This document shows, in pieces, positions 18,179-26,904 of a DNA stretch of 64,000 bases. The stretch's first letter is position 1. Every line of letters begins with the position of its first letter. Position numbers and translations under genes: made by a program. Source of the stretch: a virus; IMG/VR virus record IMGVR_UViG_3300045988_160259, positions 64,001 through 128,000 of that record. One strand, given 5' to 3'. The notes under the pieces were generated by a model. It did no database searches. It was not told where the DNA came from and saw nothing but the letters and a program-made list of their open reading frames with translations.

Positions 18179-18201
18179 AGTATTCAGGTTGAGGTGTTAG
18201 T

Positions 18202-18450
18202 GTGAACAAAAAGAAATTACTGCACATTATTATGAGTAGTCTTACTGAGAACTGGTGTTGCTCTGGTGTAGACGGAGATGAAAAAGCTTACGCTTGGACA
18301 GATAGTGAAATTGCAGCTGATGCATTAACAGAAATTCTTTATGATCTTGGGTGTGAAGAATTCCATGAACTGAACTCAAAGAGGCCAGATTATAGAAGAG
18401 ACAATATAGTTATAGATGGATGCTGGAGAGCAGTATTTACAGAAATGTAA
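18202..18450 (+). CDS. hypothetical protein (82 aa), paralog of 23246-23548
   Basis: GTG start after SD gaggtg; shares L..NWC.SG.D....AYA.TDSEIAA..L.E.LY..G with the 23246 product. Confidence 0.65.
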   Translation: MNKKKLLHIIMSSLTENWCCSGVDGDEKAYAWTDSEIAADALTEILYDLGCEEFHELNSKRPDYRRDNIVIDGCWRAVFTEM

Positions 18451-18463
18451 ATGAGGTGATTAA

Positions 18464-18715
18464 GTGAAACAGTATACAATATATGTTTGTGAGACATGCG
18501 GATATGAGAGCAAAGATGCTAAAGAAATTATGCAACATGAAGCAGATCATCTAGGTCTTACAGTTAAAGAAATGGAACAATATAGAGCTTTGAAGTCTTT
18601 TGCAAATTATATGGGTTCTGTTGTATCACATACAAAAAATGAAGCAACAGATAAAGCATTCGATGATGCAATTCAGAATTTATTGGATTTTGAAAAAGAG
18701 CATGGAATTAAATGA
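18464..18715 (+). CDS. hypothetical zinc-finger protein (83 aa)
   Basis: GTG start after SD gaggtg; YVCETCGYESKDAKEIMQHEADH resembles a C2H2 finger. Confidence 0.6.
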   Translation: MKQYTIYVCETCGYESKDAKEIMQHEADHLGLTVKEMEQYRALKSFANYMGSVVSHTKNEATDKAFDDAIQNLLDFEKEHGIK

Positions 18716-18742
18716 AAAATACATTTTTAGGAGATGTATCTT

Positions 18743-19063
18743 ATGGATATTATAAAGAATTGGTTTGAGGATAACGGCTATGAAGTTGATGAATATGAAA
18801 CAACACTACAAGCGAAAACAGATACAATTTTATTCCTGGTTGTAGAACCACATAGTGATACAAATGGAAAATGGTTATTGCGAGCAGCTGCATTAGCATC
18901 TTTTGACAGATGGGCAAATTCGACAGCCGTTGAGGAATTCTTTGATACGGAAATAGGATTGCGTAATTATTTAGAAAATAATCAGCTTTACATCTATAAA
19001 GATGTATTGAGAAGTTTATCAGAAGAATATGAGGAAATGTACAGAGTTAATTATGAAGATTAA
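18743..19063 (+). CDS. hypothetical protein (106 aa)
   Basis: ORF 18734-19063 trimmed to ATG with better SD (taggag) spacing. Confidence 0.6.
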   Translation: MDIIKNWFEDNGYEVDEYETTLQAKTDTILFLVVEPHSDTNGKWLLRAAALASFDRWANSTAVEEFFDTEIGLRNYLENNQLYIYKDVLRSLSEEYEEMYRVNYED

Positions 19064-19084
19064 TTATTTTGGTGAGGTGATAAT

Positions 19085-19246
19085 ATGTTGAAATGTTTAA
19101 TTGATGTTTCTGTTCCAGAAGATAGTAAATGCTCTAAATGTTGCTTTTACTGTGATGAAAAGGATAGTTGTGAATGCAGATGCGTTGGACTTGAAGAATG
19201 GAAAACAGAAGAAGAAATTGAAAATAATTGTATAGAATGTGAATAA
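19085..19246 (+). CDS. hypothetical Cys-rich small protein (53 aa)
   Basis: SD gtgaggtg upstream; MLKCLIDVSVPEDSKCSKCCFYCDEKDSCECRCVGLEEWKTEEEIENNCIECE. Confidence 0.5.
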   Translation: MLKCLIDVSVPEDSKCSKCCFYCDEKDSCECRCVGLEEWKTEEEIENNCIECE

Positions 19247-19273
19247 CAATATATTTGATCGGAGGTTGATGAT

Positions 19274-19657
19274 ATGAACAAATTACAAACCATGAGAGAT
19301 AGAATTATAGAGATTGCAGAAGAGAACGGATGGAAAGTTGATATTGAATCAAATGATGGTGACGATTTTTCTTATGAATTTTCAAAGTACAGTCCGGCAG
19401 ATCAAGATTTTAGTTTTGAAGCGGAAATGAAAGATAACAATGTACATACATTACTAAATGATATTGAAGAATATTATGATAATTATGATTGCAGCTATGA
19501 GGCATATTTGTGGCTAGATAATACGGGACATGGACTTAATGGCGCGCCATATGATATGAAAGATGTTTATGAAGATATGGAAGCGTGTAAAAAGATGGTT
19601 TATGAATTATTGAAATTGTTAAGCGAAGAGGACTGGGAGGAATATTATGAAGATTAA
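19274..19657 (+). CDS. hypothetical acidic protein (127 aa)
   Basis: ORF; SD cggaggt upstream. Confidence 0.7.
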   Translation: MNKLQTMRDRIIEIAEENGWKVDIESNDGDDFSYEFSKYSPADQDFSFEAEMKDNNVHTLLNDIEEYYDNYDCSYEAYLWLDNTGHGLNGAPYDMKDVYEDMEACKKMVYELLKLLSEEDWEEYYED

Positions 19658-19940
19658 ATATTACGAATTAAATTGCGGAGTAAAGGCAACAGAAGAAGAA
19701 ATCAAAAATGGTACAGAAAATGGATGTGAAATTAGTAGAGGTCTTATAGATACGGAGTATAGTATAGCAATCAAAGCAGACCATTATCCAACTTTTGAAG
19801 AGGCAGAAGAGTTTATAAAAGATGATTTGAAAAGATTTGGATATGATGGTGTTTATGGAATTACACCATTATCAGAAGAGGAATTACATTCGTTTTTTGA
19901 TACTGAAAATATTGATAAATGGAAAGTATTAAGTAAATGA
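19647..19940 (+). CDS. hypothetical protein (97 aa)
   Basis: ORF; SD gggagga upstream; overlaps previous gene by 11 nt. Confidence 0.65.
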   Translation: MKIKYYELNCGVKATEEEIKNGTENGCEISRGLIDTEYSIAIKADHYPTFEEAEEFIKDDLKRFGYDGVYGITPLSEEELHSFFDTENIDKWKVLSK

Positions 19941-19953
19941 AAACCGCATTTCA
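19938..19953 (+). repeat. junction hairpin TGAAA-N6-TTTCA
   Basis: TGAAAaccgcaTTTCA; TGA is the stop of 19647-19940; SD aggagg follows directly. Confidence 0.7.
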
Positions 19954-19968
19954 AGGAGGTTCTATTTT

Positions 19969-20055
19969 ATGGTTATGATAAGGCAAAGATGTAACAAATG
20001 TGAAAGACATCTTTATTCTGCAAATAACATGCGATTTTGTATATGGTGTATTTGA
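19969..20055 (+). CDS. possible micro-protein (28 aa, CxxC...CxxC)
   Basis: Strong SD aaggaggt upstream; MVMIRQRCNKCERHLYSANNMRFCIWCI. Confidence 0.35.
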   Translation: MVMIRQRCNKCERHLYSANNMRFCIWCI

Positions 20056-20076
20056 TTCATGGAAAGAGGTTTGATT

Positions 20077-20301
20077 ATGAATAATATTGACAAACAGAAG
20101 GAAAGAGCAAGTAATACAGAAGAATTATTAGATCATTTGATTGAAATCATTGAAAATAATGATAGTAGATTTTCGCTTGAATGGTCAGTAGGTGGCGAAA
20201 CAATTACAATGGAAATTTATGATAAATTAAAAGATATTGGTTATGCAGCGAAGATTTATCCGATTGAATATGATGAGAATGATGAACCAATTAACTTATA
20301 A
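20077..20301 (+). CDS. hypothetical protein (74 aa)
   Basis: ORF 20059-20301 trimmed to ATG after SD aaagagg. Confidence 0.6.
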   Translation: MNNIDKQKERASNTEELLDHLIEIIENNDSRFSLEWSVGGETITMEIYDKLKDIGYAAKIYPIEYDENDEPINL

Positions 20302-20321
20302 AATATTGCCAGAATAAAATA

Positions 20322-20370
20322 TTGACAAACGGATATACTTTGTATATACTATTATTAAAGGTATATCCGT
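20322..20370 (+). promoter_or_regulatory. sigma-70-type promoter with inverted-repeat operator upstream of mazE
   Basis: TTGACA 20322-20327, 17-nt spacer, TATACT 20345-20350. Perfect 10-bp inverted repeat ACGGATATAC 20329-20338 / GTATATCCGT 20361-20370. TGTATATAC occurs twice. Confidence 0.7.
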
Positions 20371-20398
20371 TGTATATACAACGTAGGAGGTCTAAAAA

Positions 20399-20698
20399 AT
20401 GGCAATCGCAAACAGAAAGGAAAGCATATTCATTTCACAAACAGCCATAAGAAGATGGGGCAATAGTCAAGGCATTCGCCTATCAAAAGAAATCATTAGT
20501 AGCGCAGGATTAAAAGAAAACGACAATGTAGAGATTAGTGTAGACAACGGAATTATTACCATTAAAAAGGCAAAACCAAAATATTTAAATTTAAAGGAAA
20601 GGCTTGAAGCATTCTATAATAAACCAATTGATGATATCTATGTAGAGAGCAGTCAAGAGGTTGATGTAGGTACTCATGTAGGTGACGAAGTTTGGTAA
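20399..20698 (+). CDS. mazE: MazE/AbrB-fold antitoxin
   Basis: SpoVT/AbrB-like N-terminus IRRWGNSQGIRLSKEIISSAGLKENDNVEISVDNGIITIKKA; overlaps the downstream MazF gene. Confidence 0.8.
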   Translation: MAIANRKESIFISQTAIRRWGNSQGIRLSKEIISSAGLKENDNVEISVDNGIITIKKAKPKYLNLKERLEAFYNKPIDDIYVESSQEVDVGTHVGDEVW

Positions 20699-21018
20699 CT
20701 TATACTCAAGGTGATATTATTACAATGGATTTCAATCCGCAGCAAGGACATGAACAGTCAGGAAGAAGACCAGCGCTTGTAATAAGCAATGATATTTTAA
20801 ATTATCATAGTTCCATGGCAATGGTGTGTCCAATCACAAATACAAATAAACATCATCCGTTTCATATCGAGCTGGACGACAGAACGCAGACAACGGGCGT
20901 GATATTATGCGACCAGGCAAAAATGCTTGATATTGGAGCACGTAATGGAAAATTCAAAGAAAAATGCCCAGAAGACATATGGAAAGAAGCCAGAGATTTA
21001 GTAACAAGCTTTATGTAA
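20692..21018 (+). CDS. mazF: MazF/PemK-family endoribonuclease toxin
   Basis: GDIITMDFNPQQGHEQSGRRPALVISN...VCPITN...GVILCDQAKMLD matches the MazF core; TTG start overlapping the mazE stop. Confidence 0.85.
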   Translation: MVTYTQGDIITMDFNPQQGHEQSGRRPALVISNDILNYHSSMAMVCPITNTNKHHPFHIELDDRTQTTGVILCDQAKMLDIGARNGKFKEKCPEDIWKEARDLVTSFM

Positions 21019-21042
21019 AAATGTAAATGAATATGCGAAACG

Positions 21043-21078
21043 AAGGAATCATACAGAATAGTGTATGGTTCCTTTTTT
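21043..21078 (+). terminator. intrinsic terminator
   Basis: 12-bp stem aaggaatcatac / gtatggttcctt, loop agaatagt, T6 run. Confidence 0.8.
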
Positions 21079-21100
21079 GTTGGAGAATAATAGAAAAAAA

Positions 21101-21116
21101 TGAAACAAGGATTTCA
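21101..21116 (+). repeat. junction hairpin TGAAA-N6-TTTCA
   Basis: TGAAAcaaggaTTTCA, 17 nt upstream of ATG 21134. Confidence 0.7.
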
Positions 21117-21133
21117 GAAGGGAGAATCAAAAT

Positions 21134-21589
21134 ATGAAAACAAATGAAAGAAAGTACCTGGATATTAGTACAGCACATCTGACACAGGGAACCTTTGGAA
21201 GATTGAATAGTATGCATTTGCCGTATGCTTATAATTATGACGAAGGAGTCTTTGTTACGGTTCCAAGCAAAAATGAAATTGGCGCCATAATCATGCCAGA
21301 CGATTTACAGATTGTACTCCAGTACGCATGGGATAACGATATTGATTTAATTCGTATGGATAGGGATGCGGAAGTTTGTGATAATCTTCCAGTATATGAA
21401 TGGAGTATGGAGAATTTACAGTCAGCAGAAAGAATCTGGTCATGTATCTCTGATAGATATGATGATGAAGAATATAAATTAGACACATTACCAGATATTG
21501 TTGCGGCAATTGAGGGTACTGATGCAGAAACGTTAAAAGATGTATTGAATAAACTTTGTGACCGAATTGAAGATATGGAGGGAGAATAA
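21134..21589 (+). CDS. hypothetical protein (151 aa)
   Basis: ORF; SD agggaga upstream. Confidence 0.7.
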   Translation: MKTNERKYLDISTAHLTQGTFGRLNSMHLPYAYNYDEGVFVTVPSKNEIGAIIMPDDLQIVLQYAWDNDIDLIRMDRDAEVCDNLPVYEWSMENLQSAERIWSCISDRYDDEEYKLDTLPDIVAAIEGTDAETLKDVLNKLCDRIEDMEGE

Positions 21590-21945
21590 TGATAGTTATG
21601 GTTACGTTAAAAGAAGTTTCAAGAACACGAAATTATAGAAATTACGCTCTTGTTTATAACGGTGATACATATAGATTATCTGTATATTTTGGAGAAAAAT
21701 CTCATGATAAATTATGGGAGTGTGACAAAAAAATTCCAGAAGATGTTGTATCTTTTGTGAAGAATATTATTACAAAAGAATTGACAGAATTTCAGGCAAG
21801 AGTTGAAGAAATTGTAGATGTGTTTGAAGATTGGATTATGGAAGCAAGACGAAAAGGAACTTTTCCTCCAGACTATGAATTTACAGAAAATGATATTATG
21901 GAAATTAAAAAACATGTAATTGATATGATTTATAATTACAAATAG
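21589..21945 (+). CDS. hypothetical protein (118 aa)
   Basis: ORF; TAATG overlap; SD ggaggga upstream. Confidence 0.7.
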   Translation: MIVMVTLKEVSRTRNYRNYALVYNGDTYRLSVYFGEKSHDKLWECDKKIPEDVVSFVKNIITKELTEFQARVEEIVDVFEDWIMEARRKGTFPPDYEFTENDIMEIKKHVIDMIYNYK

Positions 21946-21991
21946 AAACTATTGGAAGATAAAACAAAAAATTCAAAAGGATGGTGATTGC

Positions 21992-22243
21992 ATGGAAAAA
22001 TTATTAAAAGAGGTAGAAGAACTTAATGCTAATGTACCGGATGGTATTTTAAAAGATGCGGATACAATTCTTGTAGATATGGTTCAAGAAAATGACTTCG
22101 AGATCACAGGGATTGCGCAGGATATTTTTAATATTTGGAGAAACAGTTCGGACAAGAAAGCAGTTGAGCAGATGTTCTTTGAGTTTACAGATATGGAATT
22201 TAAAGATTTTCTTGAAAAATGCAAAAAAGAAATAACACGATGA
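21992..22243 (+). CDS. hypothetical protein (83 aa)
   Basis: ORF; SD aaagga upstream. Confidence 0.65.
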   Translation: MEKLLKEVEELNANVPDGILKDADTILVDMVQENDFEITGIAQDIFNIWRNSSDKKAVEQMFFEFTDMEFKDFLEKCKKEITR

Positions 22244-22269
22244 AAGCACATTTTGTTAGGAGGTAAATT

Positions 22270-22473
22270 ATGGCAGACTTAATACATTTATTTAAGGTAA
22301 AACAAAAAGTTAAGTATCATGATCCAGACACAGGTAAATGGCATAATGGAGAAATAAAAGAAACACACTCAGATCATGTAATTGTAGATATTCCGGATAT
22401 TTCAGATCATTGCTGGTTCGAGGAAGATTTAAATTTGGAATATCTTTATCCAGAATATAATTTTGATATGTAG
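22270..22473 (+). CDS. hypothetical protein (67 aa)
   Basis: ORF; SD taggaggt upstream. Confidence 0.65.
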   Translation: MADLIHLFKVKQKVKYHDPDTGKWHNGEIKETHSDHVIVDIPDISDHCWFEEDLNLEYLYPEYNFDM

Positions 22474-22500
22474 CAGATGACAATATGTTGTCTGTTTTTT
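22474..22500 (+). terminator. intrinsic terminator
   Basis: cagatgaca / tgttgtctg stem (two G-U) followed by a T6 run. Confidence 0.65.
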
Positions 22501-22524
22501 AATTGCAGAAAAGGAGAATAGATT

Positions 22525-22743
22525 ATGAGACAGTCAGATTATACAAAACATAGAGCGTTATTACGACATGAAAGTTATGTAAAACAAAAAGCAAAGTGGA
22601 GAGATAAAGCAATTGAATGGCAAGCAGATATGTACAATCAGAATTATTCGATCGAAGAATTATCTAATTGGAACGATTTTTTTGAAAAGAAAGGACGGAT
22701 GTATGGGTTACTTGTAGAATTTAGAGAAAACGGAATTTGTTAA
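22525..22743 (+). CDS. hypothetical protein (72 aa)
   Basis: ORF; SD aaaggaga upstream. Confidence 0.65.
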   Translation: MRQSDYTKHRALLRHESYVKQKAKWRDKAIEWQADMYNQNYSIEELSNWNDFFEKKGRMYGLLVEFRENGIC

Positions 22744-22789
22744 ACATAAATTATATTCTTATCAAAGAACGTGAAAGGATGAAGATAAA

Positions 22790-23218
22790 ATGACATTTGA
22801 AGAAGCAAAACAGAGAAATGATTACAAATACATATTGAACGGAATTGAAAATTGTATTGAAAATATAAGAAATAATTGGATGGATAATATGTATGAAAAT
22901 GGAGATCCACAGAGAGGTATTGCCGTACTGATAATTGGATATGTTGATGTTGAAGTGAATTTATTCACAGAGGAACAGATTTCCCGTTACGATGATCAAA
23001 TAGGAAATAAGACACCAGTTATTGATTATTTCGTTTGTATAAAATACGGAGAGAACGATGATGAATGGGAATCGGATAATTACTTAGACTATCAATTACA
23101 AGTAAACTGGAATGCAGATAATTGGGCAGAACAACTTGAAAAAGATATGTTTACTGCGCTTGATGAGTATGTAAACAAAAAGGGATATAGTTATGATCGC
23201 GTAAATGTGATCAAATAA
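22790..23218 (+). CDS. hypothetical protein (142 aa)
   Basis: ORF; SD gaaagga upstream. Confidence 0.7.
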   Translation: MTFEEAKQRNDYKYILNGIENCIENIRNNWMDNMYENGDPQRGIAVLIIGYVDVEVNLFTEEQISRYDDQIGNKTPVIDYFVCIKYGENDDEWESDNYLDYQLQVNWNADNWAEQLEKDMFTALDEYVNKKGYSYDRVNVIK

Positions 23219-23245
23219 AAGTCGAATTTGATTGGAGGATTATAA

Positions 23246-23548
23246 ATGAATGAAAAGCAAAGAATGTTAAAATACATTTTAACACATTTAGGTGATAATT
23301 TTTGCGGATCTGGTATTGATTCTTATGGACGAGCATATGCATTCACAGATAGTGAAATTGCAGCCAATAGTTTAGAAGAAACTTTATATAATATGGGGTA
23401 TGAAGCCAGCAAATCATCAAAAGAAAATTTAAAATCTGATTATGTAATCCAAGAAGGCATTCAAAATGGAGGATGGTATAAAAGGTTTGTCCAACGATGT
23501 GCCGAAAAATATTCATCAAATGGAGGTAAAGAATATGAGAACAGATAA
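23246..23548 (+). CDS. hypothetical protein (100 aa), paralog of 18202-18450
   Basis: ORF; SD ttggagga upstream; shared N-terminal motif block with the 18202 product. Confidence 0.65.
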   Translation: MNEKQRMLKYILTHLGDNFCGSGIDSYGRAYAFTDSEIAANSLEETLYNMGYEASKSSKENLKSDYVIQEGIQNGGWYKRFVQRCAEKYSSNGGKEYENR

Positions 23549-24014
23549 AAAGTACATGATGATTGTAACAGAAGAAGATGACAGATACGATGCAGAAGAT
23601 GGTTATGATTGTGATTTTTATGCAGATCATCCATGGGAAGGGAATTTAATTGATATTGTATATGGCAACAACATTGATGAGTTACGGGGTAATGGCGAAA
23701 ATGAAGGAATGTTTTATATGTTATATTTAGCTGAAAACGGAGAGAGAATTGGTTATGGGTGTGTTGATTTTGACACTATCGAAGAAACGATTTCGAGATA
23801 TGAACTAGAAAAATGTAAAGATATGAACACTACATGGACAAAAGATGATATTATAAATGCATTGGTCGAAGATGGTATAGAACCAACCAATGCAAATATT
23901 GTAAAAGTTATTACAGCGGAGTTTGTTCAAAATTTCAAGGATAGAATTATTGAGCTTGGAAATGAGATGATTTCGTGGCAGGTCAGTGATGTTTTTAAAA
24001 AGAAGGGAGAATAA
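23535..24014 (+). CDS. hypothetical acidic protein (159 aa)
   Basis: ORF 23466-24014 trimmed to ATG after SD tggaggt. Confidence 0.65.
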   Translation: MRTDKKYMMIVTEEDDRYDAEDGYDCDFYADHPWEGNLIDIVYGNNIDELRGNGENEGMFYMLYLAENGERIGYGCVDFDTIEETISRYELEKCKDMNTTWTKDDIINALVEDGIEPTNANIVKVITAEFVQNFKDRIIELGNEMISWQVSDVFKKKGE

Positions 24015-24016
24015 TT

Positions 24017-24280
24017 ATGGTAAACAAATATGATAACATACAGGACACAACAGATAAAATCTATGAATTTTGCAAAGACTACATTTTTGAGCATGGTTAT
24101 GCTCCGTCTTATGACGAGATTGGAAAAGGTGTTGGAATTAAAAGCAAAGGCACTATCCATTGTAATATGCATAAATTATTGAAAGAAGGTAGAATTGCAA
24201 CAGATTTAAAAGAACTTGCGTCCAGAGGGTTCCGTATTTCTGGTTATATTATTATGCCGATAGGAGTGGATAAAAGATGA
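24017..24280 (+). CDS. LexA-type winged-helix DNA-binding protein (no peptidase domain)
   Basis: 87 aa; IYEFCKDYIFEHGYAPSYDEIGKGVGIKSKGTIHCNMHKLLKEGRI resembles the LexA N-terminal domain (..G.PP...EI......S.......L..L..KG.I). Confidence 0.5.
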   Translation: MVNKYDNIQDTTDKIYEFCKDYIFEHGYAPSYDEIGKGVGIKSKGTIHCNMHKLLKEGRIATDLKELASRGFRISGYIIMPIGVDKR

Positions 24281-24462
24281 GTAAGACAAGAGAAACACCA
24301 TGTTTATACTATATTTGCGCAGGACAATGTAGTAAGGGGAGAGAAGCAGATCACAATCATTATTGTCAACATTGTGATAAGTATAAACCACGAGCAAAAG
24401 TACGACACATCAATCAAAAGAAAGAAAAATTGAACAAAATCAGAAAAGAGGAACGTTATTAA
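24277..24462 (+). CDS. hypothetical basic Cys/His-rich protein (61 aa)
   Basis: ORF; ATGA overlap; SD aggag upstream. Confidence 0.55.
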   Translation: MSKTRETPCLYYICAGQCSKGREADHNHYCQHCDKYKPRAKVRHINQKKEKLNKIRKEERY

Positions 24463-24488
24463 CCGGTACAGAAATGTGCCGGTTTTTT
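24462..24488 (+). terminator. intrinsic terminator
   Basis: accggtac / gtgccggt stem (one G-U), loop agaaat, T6 run. Confidence 0.75.
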
Positions 24489-24570
24489 ATTTATTGTATG
24501 AAATTATATAAAAGAATAATTGATGAAGTAGTTATTGCGTGATATTATAAAACAAAAAAGGAGAAATTAT

Positions 24571-25161
24571 ATGTTTGGTTTTATTTATTGGATTGCGTAT
24601 TTTATATCTTGGTTCAAAGATCATCAGATGGTTGAAAGAAGCAAAGAAAAAAATAAAAGAGAAATGTTGAAACATGGACGCAGAGATTATTGGGATTGTC
24701 ATGGACAAGAATATTTCGAAGACGAACCATGTTTTAGATCAAATAGAAATGGACATGATGTTTTAGTATCAGCAAAAACATTAAAAACAATATATGATTA
24801 TACAGAAATGGAGGAGAAGAAAAAAGAAGAAAAGATCAAAAAGCAAATTGAAGAAAATAAAGAAAAAGGTATTCCATTTTGGACTGATCCATCCAATTGG
24901 GTAAAATTCGAGATTGCTACGAAAAGACCATATGAAGTTGTAGCAAGAGGGCAGAAATATTATAAACATTATTTAAAACCATGTGGTCAAAACAAATACG
25001 TTTATATACCAGGACAATGTGAAGAAAAAGAAATTTCTTATAGAGATTTCTTTTATTGGTGTTCTGATATGTCAGAATATAATGAATCTGAAAGGTTCAA
25101 AGCAGAAATCAGAGAAAAGGCAAAAAAACTAGAGGAGGAACGGCAGAATGCAAATAAATGA
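24571..25161 (+). CDS. hypothetical protein with N-terminal transmembrane segment (196 aa)
   Basis: ORF 24535-25161 trimmed to ATG after SD aaaggaga; N-terminus MFGFIYWIAYFISWF. Confidence 0.65.
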   Translation: MFGFIYWIAYFISWFKDHQMVERSKEKNKREMLKHGRRDYWDCHGQEYFEDEPCFRSNRNGHDVLVSAKTLKTIYDYTEMEEKKKEEKIKKQIEENKEKGIPFWTDPSNWVKFEIATKRPYEVVARGQKYYKHYLKPCGQNKYVYIPGQCEEKEISYRDFFYWCSDMSEYNESERFKAEIREKAKKLEEERQNANK

Positions 25162-25612
25162 ATATAGATTAGTGCAAAATAAATATAATCATCCGAGTTT
25201 GGATCTTTTGAGTGTACATTCATGTAGGATAAATAATTTAAGATCATACGATAATATTTTTCGATTTTTTAAATTATGTTTAAAGATGGATAAATTGTCA
25301 GAAGAGTATTTATATGTGATATCGTATGACGCTATATTAAATCCGTTGGGCGTTTATCAAATATCACATGGTTCATCTACTCATGCAGAAATGTATGAGA
25401 AAAATTTGTTTGAGTTTTTATTATTAACAGGGGCAGATCAATTTGTTTTAATCCATAATCATGTTAATGGAACTTTAGAAATAAGTAATAATGATATAAA
25501 AACGACAATTGACATATTGGCGCTTGCGTCAAAATTAAAAATTGAATTTATAGAACACATGATTATTAGTAAAAATGGATACAAATTGATAAGGGAAACA
25601 GAAAATTATTAA
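25148..25612 (+). CDS. radC: RadC-like JAB/MPN-domain protein
   Basis: LIHNHVNGTLEISNNDIKTTIDILALASKLKIEFIEHMII matches the RadC core HNHPSG.p.pS..D...T..l......l.i...DH.ii. Confidence 0.7.
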   Translation: MQINEYRLVQNKYNHPSLDLLSVHSCRINNLRSYDNIFRFFKLCLKMDKLSEEYLYVISYDAILNPLGVYQISHGSSTHAEMYEKNLFEFLLLTGADQFVLIHNHVNGTLEISNNDIKTTIDILALASKLKIEFIEHMIISKNGYKLIRETENY

Positions 25613-25627
25613 GGATGGTGAATAATA

Positions 25628-26653
25628 ATGAATGGCAGACTTGAGAACAAATTAAAAATTGAAAGAAGAATACAAATTATGCTTTCTGGAATGCCTTATG
25701 AAGTTACAGAGTTTTATTATAACATCTCAACTCATACCGAGGCTACAACATGTTTGGAATATATAAAAAAAATCAAAAGGTTTTTATTATATTTATACGC
25801 AGAAACTGGACAAATAGATTTTTCATCTGTTACAGATACAACAATAACAAAATTTTTAAAAACAATAGAAATAAAAGAAGAAAATGGGAAGGTACGTAGT
25901 ACATCTTTTTCAACGTGGAAACAATTTCGCGCAGCATTAAATACTTTTTTTCAATATTTATATGAAAAAAATAAAATTAGCAATAATCCAGTAGTATTGG
26001 TGAAACCACCAAAACAGAAGGATAATGTCAAAAGAAAATTTCTTTCAGAAAAAGATTTATATCTTACATTAAGAGCGGTTGAATGGGGCGCTGGAAATGA
26101 GCTGTGTGTTAATAGACAAAACGAATGGAAAGATAGAGATAGAGCCATTTTATTAATGTTTATAACAACCGGTATGCGTGAAAGTGCCTTATGCGATATG
26201 AATGTTTCGGATTTAGACTTTCAAAATAATGAATTAGTAGTAATTGATAAAGGATATAAAAAGAATACTTATACTATGACGCCTGAATTAAAAAAGGCGC
26301 TTTTTTTATGGTTAAAAAAACGAAATGATTTGTTGGGAGATCAAAAAGATATTGATGCGTTATTTATCTCAAACAGAAGAACACGAATGACAACTCGTGC
26401 AGTAAGTTATTTAGTAAATAAATATACAAAAGAAGGAATAGGGCAAGAAGTATCTCCTCATCGTTTGAGAGCAGCATATGGTAATATTCTATTACAGAAA
26501 ACAAATGGAGACCTTCATTTCGTTAAAAACGCAATGAAGCATGAAAACATTGCTACAACAGAAATATACATGGAGAATAAAGAAAAAGAAACAAACGATA
26601 GAGCTGCAAAACTTATTTCTATGTCAGTAACAAAGCTAGATTCATGGGAATAA
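25628..26653 (+). CDS. tyrosine recombinase / phage integrase family
   Basis: 341 aa; C-terminal HRLRAAYGNILL...GDLHFVKNAMKHENIATTEIY (H-x-x-R ... H ... Y catalytic pattern); earlier TGMRESAL box (Arg I). Confidence 0.85.
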   Translation: MNGRLENKLKIERRIQIMLSGMPYEVTEFYYNISTHTEATTCLEYIKKIKRFLLYLYAETGQIDFSSVTDTTITKFLKTIEIKEENGKVRSTSFSTWKQFRAALNTFFQYLYEKNKISNNPVVLVKPPKQKDNVKRKFLSEKDLYLTLRAVEWGAGNELCVNRQNEWKDRDRAILLMFITTGMRESALCDMNVSDLDFQNNELVVIDKGYKKNTYTMTPELKKALFLWLKKRNDLLGDQKDIDALFISNRRTRMTTRAVSYLVNKYTKEGIGQEVSPHRLRAAYGNILLQKTNGDLHFVKNAMKHENIATTEIYMENKEKETNDRAAKLISMSVTKLDSWE

Positions 26654-26725
26654 AACATATAATTTAATAATTTTGCAATACGGTAAATAGAGAATATATT
26701 AATAAATAAAAGAGAGGTGTTGTCT

Positions 26726-26821
26726 ATGACATTAGAATATGCAGTAGGATATTTTGGAGTTTGGATTTTTGTTGCAGTGATTATTATTGCAATAGTTTCT
26801 TCTTGGATTGACAAAAAATAA
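26726..26821 (+). CDS. possible small membrane protein (31 aa)
   Basis: SD agagaggtg upstream; MTLEYAVGYFGVWIFVAVIIIAIVSSWIDKK. Confidence 0.35.
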   Translation: MTLEYAVGYFGVWIFVAVIIIAIVSSWIDKK

Positions 26822-26904
26822 TTTATAAAAAATATTATTAAAAAATGAATGAGGTGGGGCGGTATACTTCCTGTTTGCCGTCTCATATAAGAAAGGAAAT
26901 TATT

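Noticed and set aside
26808-26838. Sigma-70 promoter for the dcm gene (TTGACA at 26808-26813)
   Set aside because: The downstream A/T-rich stretch offers only poor -10 candidates (AATATT or TATTAT) at 17-19 nt. In such AT-rich sequence this is not distinguishable from chance.
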